A DNA stretch of 47,919 nt. Origin: a virus (taxonomy: Duplodnaviria; Caudoviricetes). Where the stretch lies: positions 1-47,919 of the IMG/VR virus record IMGVR_UViG_3300038315_001939; one strand, 5' to 3'. Below the pieces are notes generated by a model, which did no database searches, had not been told where the DNA came from, and saw only the letters and a list, made by a program, of their open reading frames with translations. Both the position numbers and the translations under genes were made by a program. This document shows, in pieces, positions 9,082 through 15,795 of this stretch (position 1 is its first letter; each line of letters starts with the position of its first letter).

Positions 9082-9297
9082 ATGAAATTAACGCTCTGGA
9101 TTCAGCAGCACTGCGGCGGAAGTCGTAAAGAGTTTGCGAAGATGATCGGCTCATCGCCGCAGGCAATTTACAGATATGAGGATGGCGATCGCGTCCCGGC
9201 CCCGAAAGTGATGCACAAAATTGTCGAGGCAACCGGGGGTGATGTCACCCCTAATGATTTCTTCAGTTTGAACGATGATCAGACTGAGGCGGCGTAA
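9082..9297 (+). CDS. cro: Cro-like HTH regulator
   Basis: Divergent from cI; RKEFAKMIGSSPQAIYRYE..R.P...ATGG.V..NDF. Confidence 0.88.
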   Translation: MKLTLWIQQHCGGSRKEFAKMIGSSPQAIYRYEDGDRVPAPKVMHKIVEATGGDVTPNDFFSLNDDQTEAA

Positions 9298-9457
9298 ATT
9301 CGCCATTGTCGCCTTTTTTCCAACCCGCACGTTTCAGAACTGTTTCCGCGTGTTCAATGTCTTTGGGGTTGCTGCTTTTTTGCAGGGTTTCAAGGGCTTC
9401 GCGGAAATCGGATGTAGCACCTCTCAGGGCGTCAATTCTTTCTGATTTCGTGGTCAT
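9263..9457 (-). CDS. Small antisense hypothetical protein (64 aa)
   Basis: GGAG RBS 8 nt before ATG 9457; natural-looking helical sequence; 3' end overlaps cro. Confidence 0.5.
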   Translation of the reverse strand: MTTKSERIDALRGATSDFREALETLQKSSNPKDIEHAETVLKRAGWKKGDNGEFTPPQSDHRSN

Positions 9458-9540
9458 GTTTGTTGCTCCGTTGCTGTCCTCATCCTTATGCGGCACCCCC
9501 GCATGGGCGGCAACTCCCAAAACGTAAGGGTTTGATAGCC

Positions 9541-9924
9541 ATGCCATACGCCCGATCCGAAAACAGTTTTGCCGATGCCACCACCAAGGCCATGCATGCC
9601 GTGGGTGGTGAAGTCTTGGCAGGGGCCTGCGGGGTTTCATATTCCCGGCTGCGTCAATGCGCCAACCCGATGCGCGGCGATGTGATTAACTTGCAAGCCG
9701 CGGTTGATGCCGATATCGCCGCGGCGCGTGCCGGGGCAGGGTGCCCGCATTTTGAAAGTTATGCCGCCCAGCTTCACAAGGCCGGGGTTCTTGGCGGGTT
9801 TGACGCCGAACGTGCCGGCATGCGCGCACTGATCCGATCGATTGCGGCCTTGCTTCGCGAAGCGGCTGATCGGATGACGGCAGCGCTTGAACCGCAACCA
9901 CGTCTTTACGGGGTAGCAGCATGA
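9541..9924 (+). CDS. Probable CII-like regulator
   Basis: Position after cro; HTH-like GEVLAGACGVSYSRLRQCANP. Confidence 0.55.
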   Translation: MPYARSENSFADATTKAMHAVGGEVLAGACGVSYSRLRQCANPMRGDVINLQAAVDADIAAARAGAGCPHFESYAAQLHKAGVLGGFDAERAGMRALIRSIAALLREAADRMTAALEPQPRLYGVAA

Positions 9925-10406
9925 CCTATCTTTCTGATCGCCATCGGCGCGAGTTGGCTATCCCGGCTGTTTTAATGCAGCGGGTTGCCAGCGTGATCTT
10001 GGAGCCGGGGGTTAAAGAAGGCCATGCCGAGGTTCTGGAATGCCTTGCGCGGGCCTGCGATGAGCCGTTTTCGGGATTGCCCAAGGCCAAGGCCGATAAA
10101 CTGCGCAACCGCGTGATGGCCCTGCAGGGTGAGTTGCTTCGTGAATATGAAGATCGCCCCGTGATCACGGTTTTCCTGATGGTGGTGATCTGGCTGCGTG
10201 ACGCGCTTGACGATGGCACGCTGACCCTGATCGAAGGGTCTGACTTTGATCAGGCGGCAACCTGCCTGATCGACCAGATATCGGTATATGATGATCTGGT
10301 TGATGGTGCCTATAACTCGGGCCGCAAGAACGCAATCAAGCTCGCGCAAAAGCTCGAAATGCGCGGTTATTACCAAGGGCGCGCTGCCCGGAAGGTGGCG
10401 GCATGA
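9921..10406 (+). CDS. Hypothetical phage protein
   Basis: ATGA-coupled on both sides; ends VAA*. Confidence 0.75.
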   Translation: MTYLSDRHRRELAIPAVLMQRVASVILEPGVKEGHAEVLECLARACDEPFSGLPKAKADKLRNRVMALQGELLREYEDRPVITVFLMVVIWLRDALDDGTLTLIEGSDFDQAATCLIDQISVYDDLVDGAYNSGRKNAIKLAQKLEMRGYYQGRAARKVAA

Positions 10407-11338
10407 TTGGGTCAGCGTTTCGCCTTAAAGTACGCGCGGATGCCGTGATTGCCTCTCCGGTCAAGTCCTTCCGTAAGAAGTTTGAGGCCATCAGGAACTA
10501 CTGTTTGCCTGTCGCAAAGCAAAGTTGCGGCATAGATAATCTCTTCATTAGTAACGACTTGGTCGATGTAACTCTCGCGGAAATAGTCGAAAAGTTCATC
10601 TACAATTGCTTGGATTTCAGCAACCGTCCCCAGATGTATGAATATTTCATGGGTAGTCAGCTTCTGATCGTCACTATTAACGGTGCGCACTCTGGCTTCA
10701 TGGTACTGTACCTTTCGAGACAGGGCGATGATCAGGTCTATGATCCTTTCTTTCCCCTCTCCAGGGTGTCTGGCGACTTCCCTTATGCGACGCAAAGAGT
10801 TCTCTCTTGGGGACATGAGTCCGCTGGGTCGCAGATTAGTGTCGTACCCGAGCTTTGCGGATCGCGCCAGCGAACTGAAAATCTTCCAATGCTGCTCTGC
10901 GTAAGTGGAGATCTCGGAGAGTGCGCTAGGCAGAGCAACAATTGCTACACGTTGTGCGGCAACCCGTTCCGCCATGTTTGCGTTCTCATGAGCTCGGGTC
11001 TGTTCTCTTATTGCCCAAAAAGTTATGCTGGCGGCTGTGAGGGCGAGCATCGCGCCGATAAGGGTTTGCCAATCATGGAGGAATTGGATAACCCCGCTAT
11101 AATCTGCTGTTTGGGAAAGCTCGGGGTAAGCTCCGAAAAGCAGCATTCCCACAAGTGCCGTCAGTCCGCCAAGAAATGCGGAAATGACTGCCGTAAGGGC
11201 GACGAAAGCCAGCCGATGCTCGGTCTTGCTGTTGGTATCGCCAAGGTTCATGTTGAGCGTTCCCCCATTGTCGAAAGGTGTGATTTTGCTGCCTTTCGGG
11301 CGGACAAGCAACTGTCTGTGTGCGAGGTCGCAGCATGA
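10403..11338 (+). other. Sense-strand bridge ORF 1 over antisense cargo (translation plausible, protein function doubtful)
   Basis: Starts in ATGA 10403-10406, ends EVAA* in ATGA 11335-11338; 311 codons open. Confidence 0.5.
10412..11251 (-). CDS. Cargo membrane protein 1 (two N-terminal TM segments, W[EQ]TL family)
   Basis: GGGGGA RBS before ATG 11251; DWQTLIGAMLALTAASITFWAIREQTRA; promoter-like TTGCTT(11311)-17-CAAAAT(11288). Confidence 0.75.
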   Translation of the reverse strand: MNLGDTNSKTEHRLAFVALTAVISAFLGGLTALVGMLLFGAYPELSQTADYSGVIQFLHDWQTLIGAMLALTAASITFWAIREQTRAHENANMAERVAAQRVAIVALPSALSEISTYAEQHWKIFSSLARSAKLGYDTNLRPSGLMSPRENSLRRIREVARHPGEGKERIIDLIIALSRKVQYHEARVRTVNSDDQKLTTHEIFIHLGTVAEIQAIVDELFDYFRESYIDQVVTNEEIIYAATLLCDRQTVVPDGLKLLTEGLDRRGNHGIRAYFKAKR

Positions 11339-12492
11339 CCCATCGCACCCCCATCCCTCAATCAGCCATCGACGATGTAAACGCACGAACCGATCTGGTC
11401 GAGTTGGTCGATAATTCCGGTGTCAAGCTGGTCAAGTCCGGCCGGGAATGGATGGGGCTTTGTCCGTTTCATTCCGAACGCACGCCATCCTTCACGGTGC
11501 GCCCGGAAAAAGGCTTCGCGCACTGTTTCGGCTGTGGCGCGCATGAAAAGCCGATCGGCTATCAGATGCGCGTCTATGGCCAGACGTTTATCGAGGCGCT
11601 CAAGGATCTGGCGTGGAAGGCTGGTGTTGACCTGACCGAATATGTCGGGCGGGCCGAAAAGCCTGCGCACAAGCCAAAGCCCAAGATTGCCAGCCGCGCC
11701 GATGAAAAGGATCGCGTGTCGGAAACCGAAAAGCGCCGAAAGCGCGGCCATAAGCTTTGGCAGCGTGGCCTTCCGGTCATTGATACCGAGGCCGAGGAAT
11801 ATCTTGCGAACTATCGCGGGATTGATCGTGACTTGTTCCTGCATAGCGGGGTGCATCGGTTCGTGCCTGATTATGAATTCTGGTATCGCGCCCGTGATGC
11901 CAAGAAATCCGAGGTGATCTGGACCGGACCGGCGTTGCTCAGCGTCATGCAATATATCGATGATCGCTTTGCCGCCTGTCATGTGACCTGCATTGACCTT
12001 AATGAGGAAAAGGGGCGTCTCAAGCTTAGTGCCCCGGATAGCGGGCGGGAACTCAACACCAAGCGCGTGATGGGCGATCCGTCCAAGGCGGCGATCCGCC
12101 TTGGCAAGCCTGCGTTTAAGATGGTCGGCGGGGAGGGGTTGGAAACGACCTATTCCGGCATGATGGTTTCCGGGCTTTCCGGCTGGTGTTCCTATTCGCT
12201 TGATAACCTTGTTGGTGCCGGTCTGATGGACGCCAAGGGGGAGTATCATCCGCTTGATGGCCGAAAAAAGCTGCCGACGGTGGTGCCTGATATGGCCCGC
12301 CCAGGCATGATCTGGCCGCGCGAATGCCATGAGCGGATCTTTCTGGGGGATGGCGATACCAAAGACATCCATATGCTCAAGGCCAAGCTCGAACGGGGGT
12401 GCCGCCGTGCTGCCGTCGAGGGCCGTATCGGGCGCATCGCCATGTCGAGGCCAGGTACCGATTTCAACTCGATGATTTTGGGGGCGGCGTGA
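11335..12492 (+). CDS. CHC2 zinc-finger DNA primase-like protein (Toprim-like C-terminus)
   Basis: GLCPFHSERTPSF...HCFGCG; GEGLET and GDGD motifs. Confidence 0.88.
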   Translation: MTHRTPIPQSAIDDVNARTDLVELVDNSGVKLVKSGREWMGLCPFHSERTPSFTVRPEKGFAHCFGCGAHEKPIGYQMRVYGQTFIEALKDLAWKAGVDLTEYVGRAEKPAHKPKPKIASRADEKDRVSETEKRRKRGHKLWQRGLPVIDTEAEEYLANYRGIDRDLFLHSGVHRFVPDYEFWYRARDAKKSEVIWTGPALLSVMQYIDDRFAACHVTCIDLNEEKGRLKLSAPDSGRELNTKRVMGDPSKAAIRLGKPAFKMVGGEGLETTYSGMMVSGLSGWCSYSLDNLVGAGLMDAKGEYHPLDGRKKLPTVVPDMARPGMIWPRECHERIFLGDGDTKDIHMLKAKLERGCRRAAVEGRIGRIAMSRPGTDFNSMILGAA

Positions 12493-13160
12493 TGTTAAAG
12501 GAATACGCTGTCACCGCTGCAATAGTTCCGCAGCCTCCTCACAGCGCGGTCCAGAGACCTGATCTGGCCAAAGTAAGTGATCGGATATTTGATCAGGTAG
12601 TTTTGCGGAGTGAAATTGTTGTCGCGCTCCTTTTTCACTGCGTACCGTTTGCGGATGTCAATTGTGTTCAAGAGTGCTTTGGTGCATTCGGACAATATGG
12701 CACTCAACTCTGGCGTCACGATGTGAGGGTTAGAGAGGATTTCGGTCAGTTTGTCTTCAATTCTGCGAATGTTCATGATGTCAGTGTGCAGCAATTCTTT
12801 ACCTTCAAGGTGGAGGCTCGACAGGCTGTTGGAGATTTCACTGATTTCGGCCTGATACTTGGACTTAAACGCCAAGCTGTTGCTCTCTTCTGTGGCGCGC
12901 TGTTGGTAAGTCGCCGCTCTGTATGCGAGCCAACCGCCTCCGAGACCAAGCAGGCCAGCCAGCAGCGTTTCCCCGGTCCAATCAACAAAGCTATTTCGGG
13001 CAATAACGCCGATTGTGACACCTCCGAACAGGGTGCCGATCAAGGGGATTGCTTCATTTATTTTTGGTATGTTCATCACGGTACCCTTTCAAAGCGACTG
13101 ATCGTTTTAGTTTCGACCGCAGGTTCGGCAACGTCAAGCTATCTCAAAGGGGCGGCGTGA
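12489..13160 (+). other. Sense-strand bridge ORF 2 over antisense cargo
   Basis: Starts in GTGATG 12489-12494 overlapping the primase stop; ends KGAA* in GTGATG 13157-13162 overlapping the methylase start. Confidence 0.5.
12495..13079 (-). CDS. Cargo membrane protein 2 (W[EQ]TL family)
   Basis: DWTGETLLAGLLGLGGGWLAYRAATYQQRA; AAGGG RBS; promoter-like TTGACG(13137)-17-GAAACT(13114). Confidence 0.75.
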   Translation of the reverse strand: MMNIPKINEAIPLIGTLFGGVTIGVIARNSFVDWTGETLLAGLLGLGGGWLAYRAATYQQRATEESNSLAFKSKYQAEISEISNSLSSLHLEGKELLHTDIMNIRRIEDKLTEILSNPHIVTPELSAILSECTKALLNTIDIRKRYAVKKERDNNFTPQNYLIKYPITYFGQIRSLDRAVRRLRNYCSGDSVFL

Positions 13161-13837
13161 TGGCGACAAAACGCAAGGTCAACAAGGGCGCGATGATGCT
13201 CGGCGGGCGATCTGGCGAGGTCGATTGGGAGCGCCCGGATGAAAATCAGTTTTACCCGACGCCGCCCGAAGCGACCGAGGCGCTTATTCGCGCCATGCCG
13301 CACCTTGCGGGGCAGAAAATCTGGGAATGTGCCTGTGGTGATGGTCGATTGGCCCGGGTGCTTGAGCATCACGGGTGCGAGGTCATCGGCACGGATCTGA
13401 TTGATCGCGGCTATGGCCAAGGCGGGGTCAATTTTTTGGCCACACACCGTCGCCGCGCTTCGAAGGCCATCACCAACCCGCCTTTCACGTTGGCACAGGC
13501 ATTCATCGAACATGCCATGCGTCTGCATCTGGAAGAGGTCTGGATGCTGCTGAAAACCGACTATTACCAAGCTGCCAGTCGCACCGGTTTCAAGCAGCGC
13601 ATTCGCCCGAAATACAAGCTCGAACTGTCATGGCGCATCGACAGCCTTGGCCTTGGTAGCCCTGCGCTCAATTGCGCATGGTTCGGATTCGAGCGTGATT
13701 TCACGGGCCGCACGGTCTGGGACACACTGACCAAGCCCAAGATGGGAAATCTTGACTTGTTTGTGCCTGCGCGCGTGACGTCGACGGATCGGTCGACGCT
13801 GATTGCGTCAGTGGCCAGTCAGGGGAGTTTGCTTTGA
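13160..13837 (+). CDS. Phage amino-methyltransferase (m6A/m4C type)
   Basis: FYPTP, WECACGDG (SAM-binding) and ITNPPF catalytic motif. Confidence 0.85.
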   Translation: MATKRKVNKGAMMLGGRSGEVDWERPDENQFYPTPPEATEALIRAMPHLAGQKIWECACGDGRLARVLEHHGCEVIGTDLIDRGYGQGGVNFLATHRRRASKAITNPPFTLAQAFIEHAMRLHLEEVWMLLKTDYYQAASRTGFKQRIRPKYKLELSWRIDSLGLGSPALNCAWFGFERDFTGRTVWDTLTKPKMGNLDLFVPARVTSTDRSTLIASVASQGSLL

Positions 13838-13839
13838 TG

Positions 13840-14598
13840 TTAGTCCTCAATGCCACAGCGCAAAAGATTCTCAGAAATCTGTCGTTCGATTTCCGTTCTT
13901 GCGCCGGCGGCTCTTGTGCCTCCGTCTCTAATCAAAGTTCGGTACCGTCGGTACCGTATGTATTGGGCGCCACTCGGCTCGCCACCTGGGTCGTTGGTAT
14001 CAGCTATTCTCAGAACAATCAGGTTTTGCAGCCGGGAATATGTTTCGTAACTCAGGGCCGTCGTTTTGTGTTCGATGCATATGCTTTCAATGTGATTTAT
14101 CCGAGTTTCGAAAGCGGATCTCGCGCGGTCAAGGGCTCTGTTGAGTTTTTCTTCCTGCAAAAGCCCTGCTTTCACAGAGCTTTGCAATTCGTGGAGATGT
14201 TGAAGGGTTTGTTCCGACCATCCGCAAAAATTATCGACAGCATCCAATGCGAGTTGCAGGGGGGCATTAAGCTCGTCAGCGCGGTGCATCCTAGCTTGAC
14301 GCAAAGCGGCGGCAGCAGTTTCTCGGGTAGCGCGCACTTGATAAGCCCCAGAGAAGACCACTATAAAACCGGCCATCAGGCTCAGCAGTCCGGTTGCCAA
14401 TGTTTCCCATTCCAAGTTGTTCAATTGACGGCAAACGGGAAAATCAAGTGGGATTGGGGTGCACATGTCCTGAATTTGTATCCCCAACATAGCAAGCATG
14501 GCGATAAGTCCAAACATCAAGAATATGCATGCAAACACAAGTTTGGGAGATGCGCCAAGGCGCGTTCGGAGGGACTTTGTATTGTGCTTTTGTCTCAT
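13840..14598 (-). CDS. Cargo membrane protein 3 (W[EQ]TL family)
   Basis: LVFACIFLMFGLIAMLAMLG and LEWETLATGLLSLMAGFIVVFSGAYQVRA; start 14598 or 14628; promoter-like TTGACG(14668)-18-CAAGAT(14644). Confidence 0.75.
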   Translation of the reverse strand: MRQKHNTKSLRTRLGASPKLVFACIFLMFGLIAMLAMLGIQIQDMCTPIPLDFPVCRQLNNLEWETLATGLLSLMAGFIVVFSGAYQVRATRETAAAALRQARMHRADELNAPLQLALDAVDNFCGWSEQTLQHLHELQSSVKAGLLQEEKLNRALDRARSAFETRINHIESICIEHKTTALSYETYSRLQNLIVLRIADTNDPGGEPSGAQYIRYRRYRTLIRDGGTRAAGARTEIERQISENLLRCGIED

Positions 14599-14808
14599 CT
14601 GGCGGGCGAGCTTTTCTTCAAGTTGCAAAAAGATCTCAATCTTGCGCCGAAGGTTGCGCTTTCGTCAAAGAAAATTGCCCAATGTGCGAGAAAGTGCGAA
14701 ATTTCGTCACCAACTGACACAACGGGTTTTGAATGCCGTGCAAGTCTCCCTCCATCACAACAACGATGGAAGGGCATGGACATGCGCAAACGGAAATCCT
14801 CAACTTTA

Positions 14809-14837
14809 TTGACTGCTCGGCATCGTCGGCGTATGGT
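14809..14837 (+). promoter_or_regulatory. Sigma70-type promoter of the antisense-RNA module
   Basis: TTGACT(14809)-17-TATGGT(14832). Confidence 0.7.
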
Positions 14838-14952
14838 TTGGCCTATCAACGGGAAAAATCCGTTGTGGGGGAGTAAGGACCCTCTCAAGACGGCAAGCCG
14901 TCACGTAAGTTGCGGCTATTTTTGTGCCCGGAATCCGGGTGCATCTCGCTTA

Positions 14953-15034
14953 TGGCGGGAGGGCGGTGAATACAAGACCCGAAAGGGGAATAAACCCGCC
15001 TGCCTCTTGACAGGTTCTTACCCTCCCGCCACCA
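14953..15034 (+). ncRNA. P4 CI / P1 C4 / IsrK-like antisense RNA
   Basis: Closing stem TGGCGGGAGG/CCTCCCGCCA followed by CCA; CCC-GAAA-GGG hairpin; exposed CCTCTTGAC and TTCTTAC complementary to flanking GTAAG(G/A)A and TCAAGA sites. Confidence 0.8.
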
Positions 15035-15093
15035 GCGCGGTCGTAAGAAGCCGTTCTGGTGGTGTTGTGAAACGCCGTCAAGAGGGCTTTGAC

Positions 15094-15582
15094 ATGACCG
15101 ATGATATTGACGGGCGGATTCCGTCCGAAACATTCCTAATCACCCCAGATAATGCCCCGGTGCGCGGTCTTTCGCGTGCTGAGCGGGCCGCGATCAACCG
15201 TCGCGCAACCGATGTTGCGACGATGCTGTTTCCCTATGTCCGCGATTACATGACGCGCAGCGCGATGGACCGTTTGCGCGCATCCGACAAGCTCAAGATT
15301 TCCGCACTCCCCATGCCGCCCGACATAGGCTTGATGATTGCCCGGTATCGGACCTTTGGCGTCGATGGTTTTGATCCGCGTGATCCGACAGGACATCGGC
15401 GGGTGTGTTCGGTTGGTGCGGCGATGACATTGGTCGAGGCGGTGCCAACACTTCGCGAAATTGCCGATGGTCTGAGCCCGGAAACGGTTTTGAGCGAGGA
15501 CGGCCGTGATTGGCTGCGAGACCGGATCGCGACGATACTTTCGGGTCTCCTGTCCATCGAAATTGACGCGGGGTTGCTATGA
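15094..15582 (+). CDS. Protein controlled by the antisense RNA (kil/icd/antirepressor position; function unknown)
   Basis: GAGGG RBS overlapped by the GTCAAGAGG target; ATG 15094. Confidence 0.65.
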   Translation: MTDDIDGRIPSETFLITPDNAPVRGLSRAERAAINRRATDVATMLFPYVRDYMTRSAMDRLRASDKLKISALPMPPDIGLMIARYRTFGVDGFDPRDPTGHRRVCSVGAAMTLVEAVPTLREIADGLSPETVLSEDGRDWLRDRIATILSGLLSIEIDAGLL

Positions 15583-15794
15583 AAAACTCCATTGTCATCC
15601 CGTCTTGTGACCATCGCGGCTGCAACCGCGCAGCGACGCACATCATGGTTAATCATGGTCGTTGGTGCCGGGGCCATATCCCCCCGGAATTCTTCCGATA
15701 CAAGCGTATCGCCGCAGGTGAAGAGCGCGAAATAGACCCGATTGGCCCGTTGCCCGCCGATCAAAGAAAACCCAAACAGGAAAGGTTGTTCTGA
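15579..15794 (+). CDS. Small Cys/His-rich phage protein
   Basis: ATGA overlap; CDHRGC...WCRGH; ends QERLF. Confidence 0.65.
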   Translation: MKNSIVIPSCDHRGCNRAATHIMVNHGRWCRGHIPPEFFRYKRIAAGEEREIDPIGPLPADQRKPKQERLF

Positions 15795-15795
15795 A

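Larger units (their letters stand above)
13834..15582 (+). other. Bridge ORF 3 / Eta-like long ORF, in frame with the 15094-15582 gene
   Basis: Starts in TTGATG overlapping the methylase stop; open through cargo 3, the internal promoter and the antisense RNA. Confidence 0.55.

Noticed and set aside
11362-12372. Long antisense ORF over the primase (similar cases: 17582-18244, 20064-20738, 38376-39002, 5003-5644)
   Set aside because: Shadow frames of GC-rich core genes, with no RBS, no coupling to neighbours and no recognisable motifs. They also show that open antisense frames alone are weak evidence.
1273-13837. Restriction-modification system formed by the two methyltransferases
   Set aside because: No adjacent endonuclease; both sit in early lytic operons as typical orphan phage MTases.
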